64,000 nucleotides of DNA from Turneriella sp. (GTDB lineage Bacteria > Spirochaetota > Leptospiria > Turneriellales > Turneriellaceae): assembly GCA_965279515.1 (NCBI GenBank), contig CBDIID010000003.1, forward strand, positions 4,576,001 to 4,640,000. Direction: 5' to 3'. Under the pieces are notes generated by a model. That model was given only the letters and a program-made list of their open reading frames with translations, was not told the origin of the DNA and did no database searches. A program made the translations under genes and the position numbers. Within the stretch, counting starts at the first letter, position 1; the number at the start of each line of letters is the position of its first letter. Of this stretch, positions 29,935 through 39,458 are shown in pieces.

Positions 29935-31008
29935 TCAGAAGGAAAGCCCGAGCCCAAAAGAAAAGTGTCCGGATGTGTGATTCTGGACGTCATTTGCGGC
30001 TGACCGAGCCGAGCCTCCTAAGATCAGGAATGTGCCCTCTGAGCGCCCCGTCGCCAACCTCTTTCCCAGCTGCGCATGCCTGGTGTCGAAAATCCAGGCA
30101 TCCATAATTTGCCATACGTAGACGGCAAGCGTGACGCCAATGCTCACCAGCGTAATCTGTTGCCAGGTTTGCGCCTGCGAAGCGTAGCGATCAAACTGCG
30201 CCTGTGCGTCCGCCGGATCGATCAGCTCTGTACCACCTTGCGGAGTAATGACATGGTCGGGGTTATAGTTGCGGTATCGGCTATATGCATTTTGCCACAT
30301 AACCAAAGAAAAAAGAGAAAATACAAAACCGGTACCGACAGCCCCGCCGTAAATGTATCCCCAGGTTTCCCGTCGTTTATATGCTTGCCCCCATCCCGGT
30401 AATAAGGCTGACCGCCACATTGCGCCGAGATCAGAAGGGATGAAAAGTTCTTTCATCTGGTAAGCTAATCGGTCTGCGAAGGCGTGAATATCCCGGGAGG
30501 TGTGTTCTGAAATTGGTATGGTGACATCAACCTCTCCCATGAGCTCCCGACTCAATACCGAAAGCACTCTGCCTGATAGGTGAATCTTTCCTTCCAATAC
30601 TTCAAATTTACCATAGACTACGCCGTCCGCTGGCAATGCTTGTCCCATCATCTGGACTTTTTCTCTGTCAGCCAAGTGCGACGCGGTTAAACCGCTTCTG
30701 CGAACATAATCTTGCCAGGTATTCCGGTCAATTTGGGCATAGGCATATTTATTGATCGTTGCCTTATAAACGCTCTCGCCAATCTCTTTCTCGAGATATT
30801 TATATTCTGTATTCCGGGTTTCGTTGTAAAAATCCAGAAATAAGATTTGTCTCAGGGCTATCTTTCTTGAAATCTTTGTAGACTCAAATGATGTTTCCCG
30901 ATCTAAGTTATCCGTTTTTAAGCCCTGCGCAAACATATCCATGGGCATGAAAAAAAACATGATTAATGCGAAATATACAATCCGCGGAGATCTTGATCGC
31001 CAAAACAT
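29935..31008 (-). CDS. CsgG/TolB-N-like domain + DUF5683-type membrane protein
   Basis: Signal peptide; ILFLDFYN...ADGVVYGKF..LSGRV; AMWRSALLPGWGQAY followed by two TMs and IMDAW; ends FSFGLGLSF. Confidence 0.65.
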   Translation of the reverse strand: MFWRSRSPRIVYFALIMFFFMPMDMFAQGLKTDNLDRETSFESTKISRKIALRQILFLDFYNETRNTEYKYLEKEIGESVYKATINKYAYAQIDRNTWQDYVRRSGLTASHLADREKVQMMGQALPADGVVYGKFEVLEGKIHLSGRVLSVLSRELMGEVDVTIPISEHTSRDIHAFADRLAYQMKELFIPSDLGAMWRSALLPGWGQAYKRRETWGYIYGGAVGTGFVFSLFSLVMWQNAYSRYRNYNPDHVITPQGGTELIDPADAQAQFDRYASQAQTWQQITLVSIGVTLAVYVWQIMDAWIFDTRHAQLGKRLATGRSEGTFLILGGSARSAANDVQNHTSGHFSFGLGLSF

Positions 31009-31102
31009 ATGAATCTGTCGCCTTAATAAGCGAGTCAGAGCGTAAATCTAAAGTTCTGGCCTGGCTTTCCGGCGAAGGTGCCATCCTGGCAGTCGAAAAG
31101 CT

Positions 31103-32260
31103 TTAGGAGATCGTGTCCCTCAAATCCTTCATTATATTCTTCTGCATCGCCTCGTTGGTGCCCCCGCCGATCGAGAGCAGAATCGCGTCGCGCAGCAGTT
31201 TTTCCACCGGGTATTCGCGGGTATAGCCGTAACCGCCGAAAACCTGAATCGCACAGCGTGCAACGTATTCGGCCATCTGTGTTGCCGAGAGTTTCGCTGC
31301 CGCGGCGGACAGCGATTCGCGCGAATTCGGGTTCACCCGAAGCGCGGTTTCATAGACGAGGGCGCGGCTCGCGCGGTAGCGCGAGTAGGATTCCGCAATG
31401 AGCTGCTGTATCTGGCCGAAATCGGCCAGCTTTTTGCCGAAGGCGCTGCGGTCGACGCTCGCATAACGGACCATTTCGTCGAGCGCGCGGCGGGCAATCC
31501 CAATCGACATCGCGGCGAGGGTCAGGCGCTCAATCTCGAGGTTGCGCATCATGTGCGTGAGCGCGCCGTGCTCAGCGCCGATGAGATTCTCGGCCGGAAC
31601 TTCGACGTCTTCGAAAATCAACTGGCAGGTAGGTGACTGGCGTATGCCCATCTTGATCTCTTTTTTGCCGACACTGAAACCCTTCCAGGTCGATTCGACA
31701 AGAAAGCTCGAAAGCGCCTGGCGGTTACCCTTTTCGGTGCGGGCATAGACAAGAAAATAACGGCCGACGTTACCGTTGGTGATCCACTGCTTGACGCCGT
31801 TCAGAATATACTTATCACTCTTTTTCTCAGCTGTAGTTGTCATACCCAGCACGTCGGTACCGGCGCCGGGTTCAGACATCGCCATCCCGGCTATTGCCGT
31901 ACCGTCAAGCACAGGGGGGATGTACTTATCGCGCAGGGGTTTTTGCGCCGCATGGTAGAGATTGTTCACAAACAACACTTCGTGGGCGAGGTAGCTCAGC
32001 GTAAAAGCCGCGTCAGAATAGCTGAGCTCTTCATGCACAATTACCGACGCCGTCGCGTCGAGTCCATGGCCACCCGCCTCGGCGGGTATCGTGATGCCGA
32101 AGAGGTTATATTCGCTACCCATACGGCGCAGCAAAGCTTCATTGAGCGTCTCTTTTTCGTCGAATTCTTTGACTTGGGGTTCGATCACGCCTTTGGCGAG
32201 ATCGTGCACAAGCTCACGCAGGGCTTTATGATCATCGGTGGGGTTGAATAGGTCAAACAT
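31103..32260 (-). CDS. Acyl-CoA dehydrogenase (isovaleryl-CoA dehydrogenase-like)
   Basis: AMSEPGAGTD, LNGVKQWITN, QVFGGYGY, IGGGTNE. Confidence 0.9.
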   Translation of the reverse strand: MFDLFNPTDDHKALRELVHDLAKGVIEPQVKEFDEKETLNEALLRRMGSEYNLFGITIPAEAGGHGLDATASVIVHEELSYSDAAFTLSYLAHEVLFVNNLYHAAQKPLRDKYIPPVLDGTAIAGMAMSEPGAGTDVLGMTTTAEKKSDKYILNGVKQWITNGNVGRYFLVYARTEKGNRQALSSFLVESTWKGFSVGKKEIKMGIRQSPTCQLIFEDVEVPAENLIGAEHGALTHMMRNLEIERLTLAAMSIGIARRALDEMVRYASVDRSAFGKKLADFGQIQQLIAESYSRYRASRALVYETALRVNPNSRESLSAAAAKLSATQMAEYVARCAIQVFGGYGYTREYPVEKLLRDAILLSIGGGTNEAMQKNIMKDLRDTIS

Positions 32261-32344
32261 ACCGGTCACTCAGCGAAGTCGAAGTGGCCGGAAAATCACT
32301 AATTGGTTAATGACACAAGTGTCATAGTTTTAGGGTTAAGATTT

Positions 32345-32412
32345 TAACCGCAGAGGCCGCAGAGTTACGCAGAGTTTCTTCCTCTGCGCGACTCTGCGTA
32401 CTTTGCGTTAAT
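32345..32412. repeat. Imperfect CGCAGAG-type intergenic palindrome
   Basis: aaccgcagaggccgcagagttacgcagag...ctctgcgcgactctgcgtactttgcgtt; related element at 63897-63987. Confidence 0.6.
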
Positions 32413-32457
32413 TTTATTTTGCCGCCCACTCGACGCAACGGTTCGGCGGGCCGGTTT

Positions 32458-34911
32458 TTAAACGTCTGCGGTATTTTCGTCGAAGTCTTTTTCTTTGAAG
32501 AGCGTAATCAGCACTGCCGGTGTAATCACAAAGTCAGCGAGCAGGGCCAGGGCGATGATGATCGCAGAAAGCAGCCCCATATTCGCGTTGATGAGAAATC
32601 CGCTGAACATCAGAATACCAAAACCGACGACGAGAATCACCGAGGTCATGATGAGAGCGCCGCCGGTTTCACGCAGCGTATGCAGAATTGCTTCTTTATT
32701 ATTTTTGCCTGAGCGGTGCGCGCGCAGGAATTTTGCCAGGAAGTGGATCGTGTCATCGACGGCAATCCCCAGGGTGATCATACCTACAACAGACACACCG
32801 AGGTCGACTGTGTAGCCCGTGACACCCAGGAGGCCATAGAGGAACAGCACCGGCCAGACATTGGGAATCATCGACAACAGGCCGATCTTGAGGCTCTTGA
32901 AACCCCAGATCATCGACACCGTGATGAGCAGAAATGACGTCAGCATCGATATAATCATACCTGGGATAGCCTGCTTCATGAGCAGGGCGAACATGACCGG
33001 AATACCGATCGCGCGCGCCTTCATCTCGGGCATTTCTTTGTCGAGCCAGGCGTTGATCTCCGTCGCGTACTTGACCTGTTCATTCGAGGTCTGCGCGCGG
33101 GCAAAGCCGGTGATGCGCATCATCGAATCGTCCGAGTCGACGAGGTTGGTCACGTCAGAGCCCTGCGGCAGGTTTGTCTTGTAGAGGAACATGTACTGCG
33201 CGATAAGTTTCCGCGTGTCGGTGCCTTCTTTCGGTTCAGGAATCCGGTATTCTTTGGGATCTTCACCGTGCATGGTTTTATTCATGCGTTTCACAATATC
33301 CAGAAGGCTGGAAACATGGGTGAATTCAAACTCGGGTTTGGATAACAGGTAGTTATGGAACTTCTCCACTTTTTTCAGGAATGCAGGATCATAGACCTGG
33401 CCCGTTCCACTCGAGCGGAAATTGAATTCGAACGGCATCGTGCCCAGGATGTTCTTATCGATATAATCTGAGGCAATGCGAAAATCCGACTTCTTGTCGA
33501 AGTAGGCCATCGTGTTGTTATCGACGTTGATGCGGAACAGGAAGACAACCGAAGCGATGCAGCTGATCACCCAGATTATCAGAATCGAGCGTTTGTATTT
33601 GAAGACAAAGTCTACGAATTTCTCATAACCTTTGGTCGGTACGCCGTCTGAGAAGTCGTCTTCAGAAGCCTTGGGTTTCTGTTTGAATGGGATGATCGCC
33701 AAAAGCGCAGGCAGTGTGAAGATCGAGGCAAACCATGCATAGACGGTGCCGGTGCCGGCAAAGAGACCGAGGTCGCGGAATGGCGGCATCGACTGTGTGA
33801 CCAGCGAGTAAAAACCGATCGCGGTTGTCACCGAAGTCAGAAGGCAGGCGAGGTAGTTCTTATCGAGGGTATCGATAATGGCCTCTTCGCGCGACATACC
33901 GTGCCGCATGTTCCGCAGGAAAACTGCCATGATGTGGATCGAGTCCGCGATGGCGATGGCGACCATGAGCTGCATGGTATTCGCCGACGCGTTATTGAGC
34001 GGCATGCCGAAGATGCCCATGAAGAGCAGCATCGGGAAGATGATCGAGGTGAAGAGCACGACCATCGGCAACAGCATGCCGACAAACGACCGCAGCATCA
34101 GTGTCATGGTGATGATGATAAAGAGGAACATGAGCGGCACCAGTGTCTTCTGGTCGTTCATCGCAAATTCGAGGAAGGCGTTGTTGAGCATCACGGAACC
34201 CGCGAGCATGATCTGGAAATCGGGGTTGTCTTTTGCGATTTCAGCAACGACCTTCATGGTCGCGGCCTTGGCGTCGGGGAAGGCGTTCGGGAAATCCTGC
34301 GGAGCGACAATACGCATCGTGATCTGCGTGAGATCGAGTTTCGGGGAGATCATGAATTTCGTCATGAGCGGATCTTCGAGTAGCTGTTTCTTTTTGGCTT
34401 CGAGCTTCTTCGGCTCGTACGGCAGGTCACGGAGGAACTCGCCGACAACGAGGTCATCCCCCTTGGCTTCGGTGTAGTTGAAGTTGGCGAGACCATCGAC
34501 GCGGTTCGTGTAATCGACCGTCCACAACGCTTTGGTCAGCTTCATCAGCGATTCGAGATTCTGGTTTGTCCAGAGATTGCCCGACTTCGCTTTTATGAGA
34601 ACGATAAGGATATCTTCGCGGTTATAGACGGCCTGGTGTTCGTCCATAGCCTTCAGGTTGGGATCTTCGCTGTCGAACCAGACGCGGTAGTCTGAATCGA
34701 ACATCGGTTTTTGGCCCTTATAACCTTCGATGCGTTTCGTCGGGTCATTACGGATTTCGGTCATATACTTGATATGATCGCCGTATTTTTTGCCACGGAA
34801 GCCCATGCCGGCAAAGACGATAGCAAGCAGCAGCACGTTTGCGCCGATGATCCACCATTTTCTTTTCAGGACGAATTTGGCGATTTTCAGACCAGTAGAT
34901 TCTTTTTCCAT
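32458..34911 (-). CDS. MMPL/RND-family lipid transporter
   Basis: Two RND repeats with IAIADSIH and GIAVDDTIH motifs; about 12 TMs. Confidence 0.88.
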   Translation of the reverse strand: MEKESTGLKIAKFVLKRKWWIIGANVLLLAIVFAGMGFRGKKYGDHIKYMTEIRNDPTKRIEGYKGQKPMFDSDYRVWFDSEDPNLKAMDEHQAVYNREDILIVLIKAKSGNLWTNQNLESLMKLTKALWTVDYTNRVDGLANFNYTEAKGDDLVVGEFLRDLPYEPKKLEAKKKQLLEDPLMTKFMISPKLDLTQITMRIVAPQDFPNAFPDAKAATMKVVAEIAKDNPDFQIMLAGSVMLNNAFLEFAMNDQKTLVPLMFLFIIITMTLMLRSFVGMLLPMVVLFTSIIFPMLLFMGIFGMPLNNASANTMQLMVAIAIADSIHIMAVFLRNMRHGMSREEAIIDTLDKNYLACLLTSVTTAIGFYSLVTQSMPPFRDLGLFAGTGTVYAWFASIFTLPALLAIIPFKQKPKASEDDFSDGVPTKGYEKFVDFVFKYKRSILIIWVISCIASVVFLFRINVDNNTMAYFDKKSDFRIASDYIDKNILGTMPFEFNFRSSGTGQVYDPAFLKKVEKFHNYLLSKPEFEFTHVSSLLDIVKRMNKTMHGEDPKEYRIPEPKEGTDTRKLIAQYMFLYKTNLPQGSDVTNLVDSDDSMMRITGFARAQTSNEQVKYATEINAWLDKEMPEMKARAIGIPVMFALLMKQAIPGMIISMLTSFLLITVSMIWGFKSLKIGLLSMIPNVWPVLFLYGLLGVTGYTVDLGVSVVGMITLGIAVDDTIHFLAKFLRAHRSGKNNKEAILHTLRETGGALIMTSVILVVGFGILMFSGFLINANMGLLSAIIIALALLADFVITPAVLITLFKEKDFDENTADV

Positions 34912-34923
34912 ATATCCTCTTTG

Positions 34924-34977
34924 CCACCCCTAACGGGGTGGAGTGTTATTTTTTAAGGGGGCTTCAAGCCCCCTTAA
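34924..34977. repeat. Two adjacent GC-rich REP-like hairpins
   Basis: CCACCCC-taac-GGGGTGG (34924-34941) and TTAAGGGGGCTT-c-AAGCCCCCTTAA (34953-34977). Confidence 0.6.
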
Positions 34978-34989
34978 GATCCCCCAAAC

Positions 34990-36345
34990 TCAGAAATAAT
35001 ATGATACTAATAAGCTGGCCCTTGTCGTATGATCGAATGAACTGAGCTGGCTGGTCTTCGACGTCGCGAAGCCAAAGAATTGTGCTTTGACTTTGACGCG
35101 CTCGAAGAAGCGCTCTTCGTATTCGAGGCGGGCGATGACGTCGCCTTTTTTGTAGTCGGTAAAAGTTCCGAGCAGCAGCGAGCGGTCGCCGGTGTTGTTG
35201 AATGTATAGCGAAGGCCGGCGAACACGTGGTTCTGGAAGGGCCGGAAGATATCGAGCTCGTTGAAATTTTTGCCGGTATCGGTGTCGCCAAGCCCTTCGA
35301 CGATAAAGCCCAGATCCTGGTTGTCGACGATCAGGCCGTTGAACGTGTATTCTACGCCGATTGTGTACTGCGCATACGGTGCCACCGTATTCTTGCCGTC
35401 CTGCGACTTCACATCGCCCGCGTACTGTATGTAGGCAATATCGCCCTTCACAAGCAGTGCATCAATCGTGCCCTGCCAGGTCATGCCGGCCTGGTGTATG
35501 GGGTTATACGCTTGCGCATATTGTGTCGGTATCACAACGCCAGGAAGTGGCGTAACGATTGCTGTTGCCGGCACATAGGCGAGCTGCGGAAACCTCTTGT
35601 ACCCATTGAAATAGTAGAAAGAGGTATCCACCTTGCCGAAAAGCTGTTTCTGGTAGCGGACCGCACCCTGTGGCCGCCAGCGGTTATAAGGCGTCTCGTA
35701 TTTATTTTGGTCCGGATCGTAAATTACCGAAGGAGAGATCGTTTGACCCATGTACTGCGTTTGCGGAAGGGCGCCTGAAAAATCGAACCGGTTACCAGCG
35801 ATCGGTAGTTTTGCTGGAGTAAAGTAGGGCAGGTAATAAACCTCGAACGTATGCGGATTTTCCTCGCCGATAATGAAGCGCGCACGCAGCGCCGGCTCGC
35901 CCACCTTCGGAGCGTCGAAAAAATCCAGCGAGGGATCAGTCTGGTTGAGTATGTCTGAGTGTGCCACCGATTCAACGGTTTTCCATGAGAAAATCTGGTA
36001 ACCCGCGCGCAGCTCGAAGCGGCTCGTCACAAAATCGGCATAGATGTCCTGCGGCAAAAAACGGCGGCGGTTTGCGTCATAGACATCGACCATGCCGCGC
36101 GGGTTCGCACGGAATTCGAGATACTTGCCGGTCTTCAGGTTGAGGTCAATCTGGCCGTCAAAAGTACCGACATGCGTCGGCATTTCCGATTTGGGCGCGT
36201 CCTTCGGGAAAAACCAGTAACTCATACCGATATTGCCCTTGTAGTTGAGCCTGGTGTTTTCGGAAATTTCGACGCTCTGCGCCAGGAGCGGCGTCAACGC
36301 CAGTCCCGTGAGGCCGCAGAATCCCCTGAGAAACCACTTTAGCAT
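34990..36345 (-). CDS. Outer-membrane beta-barrel protein associated with MMPL/LolA-like operons (DUF1302-like)
   Basis: Signal peptide, ELRAGYQIFSW..DILN motif, C-terminal VSYYF beta-signal. Confidence 0.7.
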   Translation of the reverse strand: MLKWFLRGFCGLTGLALTPLLAQSVEISENTRLNYKGNIGMSYWFFPKDAPKSEMPTHVGTFDGQIDLNLKTGKYLEFRANPRGMVDVYDANRRRFLPQDIYADFVTSRFELRAGYQIFSWKTVESVAHSDILNQTDPSLDFFDAPKVGEPALRARFIIGEENPHTFEVYYLPYFTPAKLPIAGNRFDFSGALPQTQYMGQTISPSVIYDPDQNKYETPYNRWRPQGAVRYQKQLFGKVDTSFYYFNGYKRFPQLAYVPATAIVTPLPGVVIPTQYAQAYNPIHQAGMTWQGTIDALLVKGDIAYIQYAGDVKSQDGKNTVAPYAQYTIGVEYTFNGLIVDNQDLGFIVEGLGDTDTGKNFNELDIFRPFQNHVFAGLRYTFNNTGDRSLLLGTFTDYKKGDVIARLEYEERFFERVKVKAQFFGFATSKTSQLSSFDHTTRASLLVSYYF

Positions 36346-36369
36346 ATGGCGTTCCTGAATTAGAAGGCT

Positions 36370-37128
36370 TTACTGGATGCGCTGCAGGTTGCGCTCGGTG
36401 AAGAGATCGGCCGCGAGGCCCGCCTTCATCTTGCGGCTGGTGAAGTCGAGCACGCTCTTCTTCTTGGTCTGCAGGTTTTCCACGGCGATCTTCTGGCTGC
36501 GCCATGTGGCGCCGTATTTCTGGTGCCCGTCGAAAGTCATGACCTTGAGCAGTGAGCTTTTACGGTCAAAAAAGTCCTGGCGGAGCACAAGATTGTTATC
36601 TTTGCTGATCCACATCTTGATTTTAGTATAACCGCTGTTCGCATAATTAGGTGTTTTTTCGAGTACAAAGCAGTCTTTGCCCTTGTAGTTTTCGTCTGCG
36701 AGTTTTTTGTAAGTGAATTTTTCCAGGGTATTGCCGCCGATATCTTCGTAGGTAAATTCGCTGCCCATGAAAGAGCCGGTTTTGCCGGTCGAAGAAATCC
36801 GCTTCACACGGCGCAGTTCAGGCAGATAGAGCCACTGGTTATCGTCGCCCTTGGGGTCTTGGTGTGTGAGCAGTGAGGTACCGCGCACGTCGGCGGGTTC
36901 AAGAAACTGGATCAGCTGATAATCACGGCTGCCTGCACGCTCGAGTGTCATATTCTTTGTCTTGCGTGTTACGACCGAGCCGTTGGCAGCGATCAGCGAC
37001 ATTGTCGATTCAACGGTTTCATCGCCGAAATTGCGCTGGGTTTTCTCAGCCTTTGCTGCGATATCGTATGCCTCGTCGGCAAAGATTGCAATAGGGAGTA
37101 AGAGCAGGGGTAGGAGTTTTTTAACCAT
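36370..37128 (-). CDS. Outer membrane lipoprotein-sorting protein (LolA-like fold)
   Basis: FLEPADVRGT, DNQWLYLPELRRVKRI, SFMGSEFTYED, FTERNL. Confidence 0.85.
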   Translation of the reverse strand: MVKKLLPLLLLPIAIFADEAYDIAAKAEKTQRNFGDETVESTMSLIAANGSVVTRKTKNMTLERAGSRDYQLIQFLEPADVRGTSLLTHQDPKGDDNQWLYLPELRRVKRISSTGKTGSFMGSEFTYEDIGGNTLEKFTYKKLADENYKGKDCFVLEKTPNYANSGYTKIKMWISKDNNLVLRQDFFDRKSSLLKVMTFDGHQKYGATWRSQKIAVENLQTKKKSVLDFTSRKMKAGLAADLFTERNLQRIQ

Positions 37129-37230
37129 TTGGTTAATCTAATTCAGACCTGCAGGTCCGGCAAAAAAAATATACGCTTTTGGAACCGTTTAATGGTTTGC
37201 GGGGCCTGCTGCATTTAGTCTCAGCAATTT

Positions 37231-38040
37231 GTGCCCGAACTTCCCGAAGTCGAAACCGTGCGGCGTTCGCTGCAACCCCTCATCGGCCAACGCCTGAAAA
37301 ATGTGGTCATTGCCGATGGGCATTTGCGCTACCGCGCGACACCGGCACTGGCAAAAAAAATTACCGGTGAAAAACTCAGCGAGCTGCTGCGCATCGGCAA
37401 ATACCTCTTACTGAAATTTCCCTCAGACACGCTGGTGTTTCATCTCGGTATGACGGGCCGCCTGCTGACAGGCCAAAAACAAAAATCTCCCTACGTCAAA
37501 GTCCTGTTCCAGTTTAGCATCGACCGTCTCGATTTTATCGACGTGCGGCGTTTCGGTTTTGTACTCGCGGGCGCCGCCGGCGAAAAGTCCCTGCCGCGCG
37601 GGCCCGATGCCCTGGCACCGATCGACCGCAGCGGATTTTACCGGCGCATCCATGCCAGCAAAGCCCCGATCAAGGCGCTGCTGCTCGATCAAAAGGTCAT
37701 CGCGGGCCTCGGTAATATTTACGTTTCTGAAATTTTATTTCTCGCAAAAATCCATCCGGCACAAAGGGGGATAGATCTCGGCGAAGATGACGTCTTGCGC
37801 ATTCTCAAGGCAATACCGAAGGTGTTGAAACGCGCGATTGAAGCCAAGGGCAGCAGTATTTCCGATTTTGTCTACGCATTGCCCGGAGAAAAAGAATATT
37901 CCACCGGCAATTACCAGAGCAAATTTCTTGTCTATAGCCGTGACGGCGAAGCGTGTAAGGTATGTAAAACGAAGATTAAGAAAATTGTGCAGGGTGGGCG
38001 AAGTAGTTTCTATTGTCCGGGTTGTCAACCCCACCCCTAG
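37231..38040 (+). CDS. mutM: Formamidopyrimidine-DNA glycosylase
   Basis: MPELPEVE, HLGMTG, GLGNIY, C-terminal CxxC..CPGCQ zinc finger. Confidence 0.95.
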   Translation: MPELPEVETVRRSLQPLIGQRLKNVVIADGHLRYRATPALAKKITGEKLSELLRIGKYLLLKFPSDTLVFHLGMTGRLLTGQKQKSPYVKVLFQFSIDRLDFIDVRRFGFVLAGAAGEKSLPRGPDALAPIDRSGFYRRIHASKAPIKALLLDQKVIAGLGNIYVSEILFLAKIHPAQRGIDLGEDDVLRILKAIPKVLKRAIEAKGSSISDFVYALPGEKEYSTGNYQSKFLVYSRDGEACKVCKTKIKKIVQGGRSSFYCPGCQPHP

Positions 38041-38098
38041 CCCCTCCCCTTATAGGGGAGGGGACTCAGGTTCCCCCCTATAAGGGGGGATGGGGGGT
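38029..38098. repeat. GC-rich REP-like palindromic element between convergent genes
   Basis: CCCCACCCCTAGCCCCTCCCCTTATAGGGGAGGGG..TCCCCCCTATAAGGGGGGATGGGGGG. Confidence 0.6.
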
Positions 38099-38712
38099 TA
38101 GTAGTTAGAGAAAATCTTCCCCGCCGGGAATTTTTTGCGCGCTAAAATCTCGCGGCAGTTGGCCATCATCTCATTCGAACCCACCAGCAGAATCGCGCCA
38201 AAGTCACCGAGGTCGAGGGTGTCGACGAGATCCTGAACATATGCCTTGTATTCGGCATTGGAAAAAGCCCGCAGCTGTTTGATGCCGAAATCTTCGCGGA
38301 GGCAATCCAACTCAGGTTCGACATTCGCCGAGGCAATGCCATAGAGGAGGGTGTCGGCGGTAAAACCGCGCTTTTTGCGCTCCAGCATGGCCGGCCTGAT
38401 CGCCGAGATGCCGGTGCCATGTGTGAGATACAAAAAGGGGTGGCGGTCGCCGAAATCGGCGGCAAAACCTTTTCCCTGGGGGGCCGAGACGGCAACGCTT
38501 TGCGCCGGCAAGGCTGTGTCACGCGAGAGAAAAAGCAAATGCGCTTCATCGTGATGCGAGGCAATCGCCAGAAATTTGGGTTTTTCGCCTTCCCTGAAGG
38601 CGAGGGAAGCGTATTGCCCCGCGACCAGGTTATACCCCGGGGGTTTCTCCAGCAGCAGGTGGGTAAAGCCACCCCGGTCTTGTCTGCTCTCACGTACCTT
38701 GAGCTGGGTCAT
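38098..38712 (-). CDS. Ferredoxin-reductase-like FAD/NAD(P)-binding oxidoreductase
   Basis: AGQYA, SAPQGKGF, HGTGISAIR, LVGSNEMM. Confidence 0.7.
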   Translation of the reverse strand: MTQLKVRESRQDRGGFTHLLLEKPPGYNLVAGQYASLAFREGEKPKFLAIASHHDEAHLLFLSRDTALPAQSVAVSAPQGKGFAADFGDRHPFLYLTHGTGISAIRPAMLERKKRGFTADTLLYGIASANVEPELDCLREDFGIKQLRAFSNAEYKAYVQDLVDTLDLGDFGAILLVGSNEMMANCREILARKKFPAGKIFSNY

Positions 38713-39362
38713 AGCAGGTGGATGTGTTTTTTATAAGCCTTTTCGAGAAACTGTGTTTCATGGCCACGGACATACTGAGTGAATTCGAAGAATACTTCGC
38801 GCGAGACGGGCTTGGTTGCATTATAACCTGCCTCGAAAACCTTGTAGAGCTCGGTGAAGCCGGCAGTGCGTGCGGCCAGCCAAACCGGGCGCATTACGAC
38901 AGGCGCGAGGGGATGTTTGGAGAGTTCGAAAAAAGATTCGAGATTGTGCACCACGAGCCGCAATTGTTCGACGCGGTCTTCGAGGCGATTGCATTTTTTA
39001 TAGACCTGCGGCAGTTTTTTCAGGTCGATGTGCTCGACGTCGCCGTGTTTCACGATGAGTTTTTTGTTTTTACGCAGGTGATCTGCCATCTGCCGGTCGA
39101 GCCGGTCGGTGACTTCGTTCAAAAGCAGCAGGTTCTCGATACGACCCCGGCTCTTTTCAGAGAGCATACCCTTGAAGCGGTTATAGGTTTTGAGAGCGAG
39201 GTCGTCGCGTGCGGCTTTGCCCTCGAGGGTATAAATCTCTTCGAAAAAATAATCGGCGAGCGAGCGCGTCGCTTCCTGGCTGAAATATTCTTTGTAAGTC
39301 AGGTGCGAGCGGCGCACATAGGTATTGACGACGATCTGGTGGTAAGGGTCGACCATGGACAT
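38709..39362 (-). CDS. FFLEELY-motif-like helical hypothetical protein
   Basis: DYFFEEIY...RDD..; overlaps the downstream reductase by 4 nt. Confidence 0.55.
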   Translation of the reverse strand: MSMVDPYHQIVVNTYVRRSHLTYKEYFSQEATRSLADYFFEEIYTLEGKAARDDLALKTYNRFKGMLSEKSRGRIENLLLLNEVTDRLDRQMADHLRKNKKLIVKHGDVEHIDLKKLPQVYKKCNRLEDRVEQLRLVVHNLESFFELSKHPLAPVVMRPVWLAARTAGFTELYKVFEAGYNATKPVSREVFFEFTQYVRGHETQFLEKAYKKHIHLL

Positions 39363-39458
39363 GGATGTCTAAGGGTTGGCAGCAACAGTAAGGCTGCGGC
39401 TGCCGACCACCGGGCAAAACTGCTTTCCGGGGGCGCGGGACAATCAAAATGCGGTGGA

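Noticed and set aside
16650..31100. Integrative element or prophage boundaries for the RHS module
   Set aside because: I found no flanking direct repeats, tRNA, integrase or phage genes.
38718..39458. N-terminal 247 aa of the 622-aa amidase ORF in the track
   Set aside because: Antisense to the 38709-39362 gene; the real protein begins with a signal peptide near TTG 39459.
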